DNA of 64,000 nt, from positions 12-64,011 of the forward strand of contig JBFXFM010000021.1 in NCBI GenBank assembly GCA_050179035.1, given 5' to 3'. The DNA is from Draconibacterium sp. (GTDB lineage Bacteria; Bacteroidota; Bacteroidia; Bacteroidales; Prolixibacteraceae). Both the position numbers and the translations under genes were made by a program. Below the pieces are notes generated by a model. The model did not search any database. It saw nothing but the letters and a program-made list of their open reading frames with translations, and was not told where the DNA came from. Below, one piece after another: positions 55,691 through 64,000 of the stretch; the first letter of the stretch is position 1; each line of letters opens with the position of its first letter.

Positions 55691-56185
55691 ATGAAAATAC
55701 GACCATTCAGATTCGATTCGATAAATACAATCCTGAACAGGCGCAAAGCGCGAATATTCAGGTTATTAAATGCCCAACCCGATAATCCGAAGCATAAGGC
55801 ACTTTCGATTACAACCGGTATTTATCTCGGGTTTTTTCCTGTAATCGGGGCTACTACAGTTTTAAGCCTGATAGTATCATTTGTTTTCAGGCTGAATCAT
55901 TTTTTGGTACAGGGATTAAATCTGTTGCTCGCACCGGTGCATCTTGCAGTAATTCTTCCTGTGCTGAAAGCAGGGCGGTGGCTGTTTTTTGGCGATGGAC
56001 ACGTAATCAGCGCAATTTCGTTTCAACATGGAATCAGCCTTGAAGCGTTTCAACCGCTTTTTGAAAGTGTTGCAGGCGGAATAGTTCTTTGGGCAATTGT
56101 TGCAGCAGTAACCAGTCCGGGCGTTTATTTTCTGATATTAAAAATCGTTGAAAAACAAATAAAGGAAACAGTTTCAAACCAATAG
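55691..56185 (+). CDS. DUF2062 membrane protein
   Basis: ALSITTGIYLGFFPVIG, FRLN, NLLLAP, GRWL; multi-TM. Confidence 0.8.
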   Translation: MKIRPFRFDSINTILNRRKARIFRLLNAQPDNPKHKALSITTGIYLGFFPVIGATTVLSLIVSFVFRLNHFLVQGLNLLLAPVHLAVILPVLKAGRWLFFGDGHVISAISFQHGISLEAFQPLFESVAGGIVLWAIVAAVTSPGVYFLILKIVEKQIKETVSNQ

Positions 56186-56206
56186 GATTAAACTGCATCA
56201 GGAAAA

Positions 56207-56245
56207 CAAAAACGGGCTGTAAACACCTGTTTTACAGCCCGCTGT
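56207..56245. terminator. Terminator between the convergent DUF2062 and peroxiredoxin genes
   Basis: ACGGGCTGTAAA..TTTACAGCCCG. Confidence 0.75.
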
Positions 56246-56270
56246 TCAAATGATATTCTTACAGCACCTG

Positions 56271-56981
56271 CTATTTTTTCAGAATTCTGTCAAGCACAGT
56301 TTCTTTCGAAATCTTTTTGGTACAGAAGAACCAGTCTTTGCATTCCAATCCTTCTTCTTTGCCGTCCATGCGGTCTTTTGCGGTTCCGCACGAACCGGCA
56401 GGCGAAATAATAACATCATCACCCGGACGCCAGTCGGCAGGTGTTGCAATTTTAAATTCGTCGGCAGTTTGCAGCGCAAGAATCACGCGGTACAGTTCGT
56501 CGAAATTACGGCCAAGGCTGAGCGGATAATAAATAATGGTGCGGATAACGCCAACCGGGTCAATCACAAATACAGCGCGAACAGCTTTTGTATTGCTTTC
56601 GCCAGGCATCATCATTCCGTATTTTTTAGCTACTTCCATCGTAATGTCTTCGATGAGCGGGAAAGTAACTTCCACGTCTTTCATGCCTTTGTACTCAATT
56701 TTTTCCTTGATGGTGCGCAGCCAGGCAATGTGGCTGTACAAACCGTCAACCGAGAGGCCCACGAGCTTGCAGTTGGCTTCGTTGAATTGTTTTTCGAGCG
56801 TGGCAAAAGTCATAAACTCCGAGGTGCAAACCGGTGTAAAGTCGGCCGGGTGGCTGAAAAGAATTACCCAGCTACCTTTGTAATCGGCCGGGAAATTTAT
56901 ATCACCCTGTGTTGTTACTGCCTTAAATTCAGGCGCTTTGTCGCCAATGCGTGGCATGGCATAAACTTGATTTTCTTCCAT
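56271..56981 (-). CDS. Peroxiredoxin (Prx6/archaeal-type)
   Basis: LFSHPADFTPVCTSE, GLSVDGLYSHIAW, VRAVFVIDP, YYPLSLGRNFDE, ATPADW..DWFFC. Confidence 0.95.
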   Translation of the reverse strand: MEENQVYAMPRIGDKAPEFKAVTTQGDINFPADYKGSWVILFSHPADFTPVCTSEFMTFATLEKQFNEANCKLVGLSVDGLYSHIAWLRTIKEKIEYKGMKDVEVTFPLIEDITMEVAKKYGMMMPGESNTKAVRAVFVIDPVGVIRTIIYYPLSLGRNFDELYRVILALQTADEFKIATPADWRPGDDVIISPAGSCGTAKDRMDGKEEGLECKDWFFCTKKISKETVLDRILKK

Positions 56982-57059
56982 TTTTATAAAATTTAAATAT
57001 TAATGTAATTATTTTGTTGGCCTTTCTGCGGCCATGGTTTTACTTTATTCAATTGATTT

Positions 57060-57479
57060 TCAGCATTTATTAAAAGTCCCTTTTATTTGCAACACAAATT
57101 CTTCGGGTTTAAAACCAGGCAGATGTTTGTTTTCGAAATATTTCCTGAGTAAATCGTCAAGTTCCGCATCGTGGTAATCTTCAATTAAATCGCAGGTTGA
57201 ACAATACAAATGATGGTGACTTTCAAGAATTCCATCGTACCGCATAAAATCGCGGTCGGTGGTAACTTTTTTTATCAGTCCGTTTTCAACCAGTATTTCA
57301 AGTACTTTATAAACTGTGCCGATGGCAATATTCGGATGTGTTTTTCTGATGAACTCAACAATGTTATCGGCTGTGGGATGATTATTCAACTCATAAATCG
57401 CTTCAAGAATAGCCATTCGTTGAGGAGTGATTTTCATTCCTTTTTCAGCCAGTTTCTGTTTTAATAATTCGTTGTCCAT
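57060..57479 (-). CDS. Fur-family regulator, PerR-like
   Basis: KITPQRMAIL, HPTAD, GTVYKVL, RYD, HHHLYCSTC; directly upstream of the peroxiredoxin. Confidence 0.9.
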   Translation of the reverse strand: MDNELLKQKLAEKGMKITPQRMAILEAIYELNNHPTADNIVEFIRKTHPNIAIGTVYKVLEILVENGLIKKVTTDRDFMRYDGILESHHHLYCSTCDLIEDYHDAELDDLLRKYFENKHLPGFKPEEFVLQIKGTFNKC

Positions 57480-57500
57480 TTTGTTTGAAAAATACTTAAA

Positions 57501-57515
57501 TAAGAATTATTCTCC
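57501..57515. promoter_or_regulatory. Candidate PerR/Fur box
   Basis: TAAGAAT-T-ATTCTCC (7-1-7 pseudo-palindrome) just downstream of a GACTTTTG -7-like element on the minus strand. Confidence 0.5.
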
Positions 57516-57624
57516 GTTAAGAACAAAAGTCATGTGAAAAGGTTTACGCGAAATTCAATATTGGGTTGATTTATTTATCATGTTTTAGGAATTTTTAAGA
57601 ACTGCTTGTTTTCAGGGAAAAAAA

Positions 57625-57662
57625 ACGGGACTTACCAGGTTTTAAGCCGATAAGTCCCGTCA
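57625..57662 (-). terminator. Terminator after DUF2147
   Basis: ACGGGACTTA..TAAGTCCCGT, with a T-run on the minus strand. Confidence 0.75.
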
Positions 57663-57684
57663 ATATTTTGAACTAAAAAATTAT

Positions 57685-58128
57685 TTACAAAGTTGTGCGG
57701 TACCACTCCGAGCTTTTGCCCATCCAGCGCATTCCCATCACAAAACCTTTCAGTTTCAGCAGGTCGTTGCCTTCAAGCCACGCATAACAATCGTAGGTTT
57801 TGCCACCTTTCGGGTCGTAAATTTTGCCGTCCTTCCACTCTTTTTCACCAGCATCGTAAACAAATCCGCTTAAAATCTGCAACCCAATCAACGAACGGGT
57901 TTGTAATTTTGCGTCCGGATTTTTGTCGTCAACCGGTGGCTTGCCATTCACATATTTTTCAGGAATCATGTACACGATAGTTCCAATGTACTTTCCGTTA
58001 ACTTTTTCGACTTTGATTTTTGTGGTTTTTTCGTCGTTCCACCAAATACCCACAATTTTATCGGCTTCCTGTGCAATGCCTGCCATGGTGTATAACCCAA
58101 GAAATAAAATGAGAATCAGCTTTTTCAT
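57685..58128 (-). CDS. DUF2147 exported protein
   Basis: IVGIWW, DDKNPDAKLQTR.LIGLQIL, WKDGKIYDPKGGKTY; likely start 58128. Confidence 0.9.
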   Translation of the reverse strand: MKKLILILFLGLYTMAGIAQEADKIVGIWWNDEKTTKIKVEKVNGKYIGTIVYMIPEKYVNGKPPVDDKNPDAKLQTRSLIGLQILSGFVYDAGEKEWKDGKIYDPKGGKTYDCYAWLEGNDLLKLKGFVMGMRWMGKSSEWYRTTL

Positions 58129-58228
58129 ACATTTCAATTTTAAATTTAGCGGAATAAATATATCAATATTTTAAACCTGAATCAGTACCTTGCTGTTCTT
58201 TTTCAAATTACTAAAAATCACTACCACA

Positions 58229-60616
58229 ATGAAGATTTTAAAACGCATTCTGATTGGGCTTGCAATATTGATAGTTTTAACTGTGCTGGCAGGTTTGTTT
58301 TTTCTGAAAAACCTTCAAAAATCGGCTATCCCTGATTATAATAAAGATGTAAAACTGGGCGGGTTAACCGCTGAAGTAACCATAAAGCGCGATTCGTTTG
58401 GTATTCCGCACATCGAAGCGCAAAACGAAAACGACCTGTATGTCGCGGTGGGTTTTGCAATGGCGCAAGACCGGCTCTGGCAAATGGATTTGTTGCGGAG
58501 GGTTACGCAGGGACGGCTTTCTGAAATTCTGGGCAAAGAACAGGTAAATACCGATTTGCTTTTGCGTTCGCTACGGTTTGAAGAAAAATCGGAGAAAATT
58601 ATGGTGGACTTGTCACCCGAAATCAAAGCAGCACTTGAAGCTTTTTCGGCCGGTGTAAATCAATATATGGCTTATCATCCGCTGCCGCCCGAGTTTAAAA
58701 TTCTTGGTTATCATCCCGAACCGTGGCAACCTGTTCATTCGGTAAACCTGATTGGCTACATGGCGTGGGACCTTTCATCGGGCTGGGGAATGGAGCTGCT
58801 TTTGGAGCAACTGAAAACAAAAGTTTCAGCACAACAACTTGTTGAACTAATTCCCGACCTTGCAAATGCAAAAACTGCTGTTTATCCCGAATTTAACAAA
58901 CCTGCAATTCCGGTTGGCGAAACACTTTTGTCAGCGTCTGAAAACCTTGATGCACTGGGTGCACAGGTTTTTTATGGCAGCAACAACTGGGCGGTTTCGG
59001 GAGCCAAAAGTACCAACGGAAAACCCATCATGGCCAACGACATGCACCTCGGCTTAAACGCGCCCGGAATCTGGTACCAAATGCACCAGCGTGTTGACGG
59101 TAAACTTAATGTAACCGGACTTGTATTGCCCGGCCAGCCGTTTGTGATTGCCGGCCACAACGATTCCATCGCCTGGGGAATGACCAATGTAATGGTTGAC
59201 GACCTCGATTTTTATGCCGAAAAACTGAACGAAGATTCAACAAAATATCTGCTCGATGGCGAATGGAAAGATTTGCTGGTGAAAACAGAAATCATAAAAA
59301 CCAAGGAAGGGGAGGAGGTTGAAAAAACGCTCCGGTTTACGCACCGTGGGCCAATCGTAAACGACTTTAAAAAGGAGGCGGCAACTCCGGTTTCCATCCA
59401 CTGGCTGGGTAACGAAATGAGCAACGAAATCCGCTCGGTATTTTTGCTGAACCGGGCAAAAAACTGGAGCGATTTCAGGGATGCGGTTTCCACATTTAAA
59501 GCCGTGAGCCAGAATATTGTGTATGCCGATGTTGCCGGAAACATCGGGCTGCAATGCAGCGCCGGTGTACCGATACGCGCGGGTAACGGCATTCAGGTTT
59601 ACCCCGGCGACAGCAGCAAATACGACTGGCAGGGAATGGTGCCGTTTGAAGAATTGCCGTTTGAGTTTAACCCGCCACGCGGGTATGTTTCGTCGGCAAA
59701 CAACAAAACTGTACCCGACGATTATCCCTATTACATCAGTTATTGGTTCGCCACCACCGACCGCATCGACCGTATCCGGGAAATGCTCGATGCAAAACCA
59801 CAACTGGGAACCGAGGATTTTGCCGCCATTCATGGCGATGTAAAATCGAAAAAAGCTGAAAAGTTTACACCGGTTTTTGTAGCAGCAATTAAAACAGATA
59901 CAAATCTGAGTGAAACTGAAAAAGTCGCTCTATCGAAACTTGAAAGCTGGAATTTTGAACTTACCCGCGAAAGCCAGGCGGCTTCGGTTTTTGAATTTCT
60001 TTACCGGAAAACTGCTGAAAATCTGATCAAAGACGATCTGACACCGGAGTTGTTTACTGCGGTAAAAGGACAGCGGATTTTACTTGAAAGCCTGATGCAG
60101 TATATTCTTACCAACAAAACTTCGGAATGGATTGATGACAAATCGACTACCGAAACCGAGACAATTGAAAACATTGTAGTGCGTTCGTATAAAGAAACTG
60201 TTGCAGAGTTAACGACAGATTTGGGCAGCGACCCTGAGAAATGGAACTGGGGAAAAATGCACACTTTTACCATGAGTCATCCGCTGGGCGTGGTAAAAAT
60301 GCTCGATAAGGCTTTTCACCTGAACCGCGGTCCCTACGAAACAAAGGGAAGTTTTCATACCGTTGGGCCTTACACGTACTCATATAACAATTTATACAAA
60401 GTGAATAAAGGCGCATCGCACAGGCATATTTTTACCACAGCCAAATGGGACGACTCTAAAACTGTGATTCCAACCGGAACCAGTGGCATTCCGGCCAGCC
60501 CGTTTTATCTCGACCAAACTGAAATGTACCTGAACAACCAGTATCATGCTGATCCGTTTAGCAAAGCAGAGGTTGAAAAAGCAGCAAAATTCAGCATGAA
60601 GGTTGTGCCGAAATAG
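58229..60616 (+). CDS. Penicillin acylase / acyl-homoserine-lactone acylase family Ntn-hydrolase
   Basis: N-terminal TM; RDSFGIPHI, AQDRLWQMD, GSNNW (Ser nucleophile), ANDMHL, NP..GYVSSANN, PTGTSG. Confidence 0.93.
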   Translation: MKILKRILIGLAILIVLTVLAGLFFLKNLQKSAIPDYNKDVKLGGLTAEVTIKRDSFGIPHIEAQNENDLYVAVGFAMAQDRLWQMDLLRRVTQGRLSEILGKEQVNTDLLLRSLRFEEKSEKIMVDLSPEIKAALEAFSAGVNQYMAYHPLPPEFKILGYHPEPWQPVHSVNLIGYMAWDLSSGWGMELLLEQLKTKVSAQQLVELIPDLANAKTAVYPEFNKPAIPVGETLLSASENLDALGAQVFYGSNNWAVSGAKSTNGKPIMANDMHLGLNAPGIWYQMHQRVDGKLNVTGLVLPGQPFVIAGHNDSIAWGMTNVMVDDLDFYAEKLNEDSTKYLLDGEWKDLLVKTEIIKTKEGEEVEKTLRFTHRGPIVNDFKKEAATPVSIHWLGNEMSNEIRSVFLLNRAKNWSDFRDAVSTFKAVSQNIVYADVAGNIGLQCSAGVPIRAGNGIQVYPGDSSKYDWQGMVPFEELPFEFNPPRGYVSSANNKTVPDDYPYYISYWFATTDRIDRIREMLDAKPQLGTEDFAAIHGDVKSKKAEKFTPVFVAAIKTDTNLSETEKVALSKLESWNFELTRESQAASVFEFLYRKTAENLIKDDLTPELFTAVKGQRILLESLMQYILTNKTSEWIDDKSTTETETIENIVVRSYKETVAELTTDLGSDPEKWNWGKMHTFTMSHPLGVVKMLDKAFHLNRGPYETKGSFHTVGPYTYSYNNLYKVNKGASHRHIFTTAKWDDSKTVIPTGTSGIPASPFYLDQTEMYLNNQYHADPFSKAEVEKAAKFSMKVVPK

Positions 60617-60633
60617 GGGAGAAAGTTGGAAGT

Positions 60634-60691
60634 CAGAAGTCCGGTGACCGGAGTCGGAAGAAACCCTCCGGTCACCGGACTTCCGGCTTTT
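60634..60691. terminator. Long hairpin between the convergent acylase and nagB genes
   Basis: GAAGTCCGGTGACCGGAG..CTCCGGTCACCGGACTTC. Confidence 0.8.
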
Positions 60692-61470
60692 TACACCGAT
60701 TCGCTGAAATATTTTACTGTACCTACTTTTAGTTCCATGGTAGCTTCCTCGTCGCAAACGATGATTCCTGCCGGGTGCATTTGCAAAGCAGAAAGTGTCC
60801 ACATGTGGTTAATGCCTTCTTCTACAACTTTTTGAAGCGCCCGGGCTTTTTTATAACCGTTCACAATAATCACCACTTCCTTTGCATCGAGTACTGTTTG
60901 TACCCCAACAGTAAGCGCCTGTTTCGGAACTTTGGCCAGGTCGTTATCAAAAAAGCGTGAGTTGGCCAGAATCGTATCGTAATTGAGGTTTACCAATCGT
61001 GTACGTGAACTCAGCGACGACCCCGGCACATTAAAAGCAATGTGTCCGTCGGCACCCATTCCACCTAAAAACAGGTGAATTCCGCCAAACGATTTGATTT
61101 TTGCTTCGTAATTTTCGCACTCTTTTTCGGGGTCAGCAGCATTTCCATCAAGAATATGAATATTCTTTTTATCGATGTCGATATGATTGAAAAAGGTGGT
61201 AAACATAAAACTGTGGTAGCTCTCCGGATGATTTTCATCGATTCCCACATATTCGTCCATGTTAAAAGTGACCACATTTTTAAATGAAACAACTCCTGAT
61301 TGATTCAGTTCAATCAGTTTTTTGTAAGTACCGATTGGCGACGAACCCGTGGGTAACCCCAGCACAAAAGGTTTTTCAGCCGTTGGTTTGAATTCGTTAA
61401 TTTTTTGTGCAATGTATTCAGCCACCCAACTGCTGATTTCGTCGTATGTTTTATGAATTATCAGTTTCAT
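60691..61470 (-). CDS. nagB: Glucosamine-6-phosphate deaminase
   Basis: [47 protein letters not shown]. Confidence 0.95.
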   Translation of the reverse strand: MKLIIHKTYDEISSWVAEYIAQKINEFKPTAEKPFVLGLPTGSSPIGTYKKLIELNQSGVVSFKNVVTFNMDEYVGIDENHPESYHSFMFTTFFNHIDIDKKNIHILDGNAADPEKECENYEAKIKSFGGIHLFLGGMGADGHIAFNVPGSSLSSRTRLVNLNYDTILANSRFFDNDLAKVPKQALTVGVQTVLDAKEVVIIVNGYKKARALQKVVEEGINHMWTLSALQMHPAGIIVCDEEATMELKVGTVKYFSESV

Positions 61471-61571
61471 TTCCTACTATTTTTAATTATTAAAACAATC
61501 ACAATTTATGTTTCTGTTTTTTATTCTTTCATTCATGCATTATAGCATTCACGCATTCATGCATTCCAAAA

Positions 61572-63890
61572 TTAACTCCCCGCCACCGATTTCTCAAGTT
61601 TGAAAGCTTCTTCAAGAAACTCTTCCACACTCAGGTCGCGGTGATAAACCATTCCATGAGTGGCGCGTAGCAATGGCGATTCGTTTTGATAAAAGAAATC
61701 TTTTCCGAGCAATAATTGTATTTGTTTGTGCTGTTCGAACCAAACCCGTTGCGTCAGTTCGCTGAATTTTCCGTCGAGCTGGTAACTCGGGAAAGAGGCG
61801 TTTACCTGTGTTACATAACATTCGGAGAACGATTTGTCGAGCGTTGCCAATGCATTCAGCGACACAGGAACAATTACTTCCACGTCCCACGGATTGTATT
61901 TAAACCACACATTCCGGTAGCCAATAATTCGAAGTTTGCTCAGGTCCTCCTCTTTGCTCCACGCTTCAACAGCGCGGGCAATTGCCTGCAAAACCTTGTA
62001 ATGGGTGTCGGGACCGCTGCCCTGCGGGTCCATTGCCAGGCTGATTACCGTGGGTTTGTATTTTCTGAAATCTTCGAGAATTGGCAATACATCGCCTTCA
62101 AAATTGGGTGTACTTCCAAAAGTGCTTCCCTGGTAAAAACTCAGGCGCAGGTGGTGTACATTTTTTACCATAATTCCGTAGTGTGCCCAAACCAGTTCTT
62201 CCTCAAACTCGCGAATCATCCCTTTCAGCTTCTGAATTTTGGGTGGATTTTTCCCGCCATCGTAACTGGATTTCAGCGACGAAAGGATTTCGTAAATCAC
62301 ATCGCGGAGTTCGTCTTTCGATTTGATGTTCCAGATGGAAGCCATCGCGCGCACGGCGCGGTGACAAACACCCCGGCGCTTTTCGTCATTGTTCTGAGCC
62401 GCAATATTATCGAGATAATGGTAAATATCTTTGTCCCACTTGTATTGATACCCGTCTTTAAAAAAGTCGGGATAGTTTACCATTTCAATTTTTCCCTGGT
62501 TAATAAGGTCTTTTGTATCAACCAGCAAATCGTATAAAAAGCGGTTGGTTACAGCTGTAAACCCTGAAGTCAGCACCGAAAAATGCAATTCGTTGCTGGC
62601 ATCGCGGCTTTGGCGGTTGGTTGCCGGCATAATTCCCAGCATAATATCGTCGTGGTGCGGGCCGGTGTGGTAATAAACCTGATTTAATTCTTTTTGCATG
62701 CCCTTTTTCAGTTTCACTAATATCGAATCGATTACAGTTTGCACTGTGTTGTCGTTCAGATCAGGAATCATGCGGCAATATTTGTCGGCTTTCAGGTCGT
62801 CAACTTCGAGCTTTGGCCCGAATTTGTTGATTTTCCTGCAAAGTTCGATTACCGCCCGTTCGGTTTTCTTGTGTGTCCACGGGCCGGTTTTGTAAAATGT
62901 GTCGATACTGTCGTCGAGTTTCACAGCAGCGCCATCGGTTAAATAAAACCTGGCGTTGGGTAACTTTTGTAACGCAGTGGCTGGTGCGTCAACAGTTGGA
63001 ACGCTTTCAACCGCCAACTTAATTGTATCGGCAATGGCTTCGCCGGCGGCATACACAATGGCTTTTGCATTGGGGTTAAAACAAATTGTTCCGAGGCCAA
63101 TGGTAATAACAAGCCGGGTGCGCGAAACCTCAATTCCGCCAAGGTCGGTGGCCAAAACTGCCTGGGTCTCAAAATTTGTTTTAGTCAGCCGGGTCGAATC
63201 AAAATGCCCTGAACCTTTTGTATTAAAGGCAATATGTCCGTCGGGGCCAATGCCACTCATGAAAAACCCGATTCCGCCTTTTTCCCTGATATTGTTTTCG
63301 TACTGCGTACACCAGTTATCGATTTTAAAAATCGAATCCTGCTGTAGTTTTTCAAGTGCAGTGTGCGCTTCGCGGAAACGCAGTGTTAAATCAATTTTGT
63401 AATCGGGAAAAACTTCGGGAAAATGTTTTCCATCAGTAAGCCCGATATCTTCAGACTTTATCAGCAGCGATTTTGATTTATTAAACCCGAACCCTTCGAT
63501 ATAATTGACTTTGGCAAAGTTGTACAAACTGTTGTGTTGCTCTGACGCGATGGGATAAAAATCGCCCATCTGTACAAACTGAAGTTCGCTGAGATTTGGT
63601 TTTTCCTTCAGTTTCAGGTTGTATTTTTCAAACAGTTCCTTGCCTTGTTTGTTGGTCCAGTTATCGAGAATAAAATGCAGGTAATGAATAAAATACTGTG
63701 CTGTTTTACTGGCTGGCAAACTAACCACGCCTGTCGGGTTTTCGGCTGCCCACTCAATAAAGCTGAGCGCCGACAAAAGGCCTAACTGCGGAAAACTGGC
63801 CACTGTGAGAAACGGGGTTTTTGTTGAAATTTTTTTGATGCTGGCATTTTCAAGAAATGCCTTTTCAACGTTGGTGAATTTTGATTCCAT
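61572..63890 (-). CDS. NagB-like domain fused to a PIG-L/LmbE deacetylase-like domain
   Basis: 772 aa; GIGPDGHIAFN in the N-terminal domain; GPHHDDIMLG and GSGPDTH in the C-terminal domain. Confidence 0.85.
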   Translation of the reverse strand: MESKFTNVEKAFLENASIKKISTKTPFLTVASFPQLGLLSALSFIEWAAENPTGVVSLPASKTAQYFIHYLHFILDNWTNKQGKELFEKYNLKLKEKPNLSELQFVQMGDFYPIASEQHNSLYNFAKVNYIEGFGFNKSKSLLIKSEDIGLTDGKHFPEVFPDYKIDLTLRFREAHTALEKLQQDSIFKIDNWCTQYENNIREKGGIGFFMSGIGPDGHIAFNTKGSGHFDSTRLTKTNFETQAVLATDLGGIEVSRTRLVITIGLGTICFNPNAKAIVYAAGEAIADTIKLAVESVPTVDAPATALQKLPNARFYLTDGAAVKLDDSIDTFYKTGPWTHKKTERAVIELCRKINKFGPKLEVDDLKADKYCRMIPDLNDNTVQTVIDSILVKLKKGMQKELNQVYYHTGPHHDDIMLGIMPATNRQSRDASNELHFSVLTSGFTAVTNRFLYDLLVDTKDLINQGKIEMVNYPDFFKDGYQYKWDKDIYHYLDNIAAQNNDEKRRGVCHRAVRAMASIWNIKSKDELRDVIYEILSSLKSSYDGGKNPPKIQKLKGMIREFEEELVWAHYGIMVKNVHHLRLSFYQGSTFGSTPNFEGDVLPILEDFRKYKPTVISLAMDPQGSGPDTHYKVLQAIARAVEAWSKEEDLSKLRIIGYRNVWFKYNPWDVEVIVPVSLNALATLDKSFSECYVTQVNASFPSYQLDGKFSELTQRVWFEQHKQIQLLLGKDFFYQNESPLLRATHGMVYHRDLSVEEFLEEAFKLEKSVAGS

Positions 63891-63896
63891 ATTCTG

Positions 63897-64000
63897 CTAT
63901 TTTATCATTGACAATTTTTCGAGGGCATATGCTGCAATGCCCATGGTTCCGGCCTTTGTGCCGAGTTCTGAGAATTTTATCTCGGTGTCGCTGCTGATGT
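63897..64000 (-). CDS. C-terminal end of a ROK-family protein (probable NagC/XylR-like repressor); truncated by the window
   Basis: Own translation: ISSDTEIKFSELGTKAGTMGIAAYALEKLSMIK*. Confidence 0.65.
   Translation of the reverse strand, partial: ISSDTEIKFSELGTKAGTMGIAAYALEKLSMIK

Noticed and set aside
56250-56996. 248-aa plus-strand ORF
   Set aside because: Exact antisense shadow of the peroxiredoxin.
61716-62537. 273-aa plus-strand ORF (and the other 60-200 aa ORFs overlapping called genes)
   Set aside because: Antisense or out-of-frame shadows of confident CDSs.
1-64000. CRISPR array, prophage, rRNA, intact IS
   Set aside because: No repeat-spacer array, phage genes, rRNA-like sequence or transposase found; the periodic repeats seen are 7-11 bp motifs or intragenic duplications.

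Overview
64 kb of chromosomal DNA from a Bacteroidota bacterium. The TAnnTTTG promoters, T9SS cargo proteins and AT-rich ribosome-binding regions point to this phylum; a Prolixibacteraceae/Marinilabiliales-like origin is an inference. No CRISPR array, prophage, integrase or intact IS was seen. Left to right: (1) a peptidoglycan/amino-sugar recycling cluster (SpoIID-like start, DUF4922, GT2, large Amidase_3-like protein, NagX-like protein, MurK-like kinase, murQ, FadR/GntR regulator); (2) fba, a LytS/LytTR two-component pair, an ECF-sigma envelope-stress module, pheS, a CHASE kinase, tRNA-Arg(CCT), ppsR, a Zn/Mn ABC operon, a ROK kinase with GH30, and an AraC-TPR regulator; (3) a ~24.5 kb phosphorus-scavenging island (31.6-56.2 kb); (4) peroxiredoxin/PerR, a penicillin-acylase-family protein, nagB, a degenerate NagB-PIG-L fusion and the end of a ROK protein. 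The island is the most interesting part. It holds PiT + DUF47, a PhoB/PhoR-like pair, a porin, and two SusD-less TonB-dependent receptors, each preceded by a T9SS-secreted protein with a tandemly duplicated domain (one duplication appears nucleotide-identical over 1081 bp). It also holds a beta-propeller phytase, a PlcP-like phosphoesterase with a glycosyltransferase, a free-standing TBDR N-terminal-extension domain and two paralogous unknown cytoplasmic proteins. Six to seven of its promoters share an 11-bp-period (G/T)TAA(C/T) direct-repeat array at a near-fixed distance from the -7 element, a candidate Bacteroidota Pho box. All family assignments come from motif recognition by eye; no database search was run.
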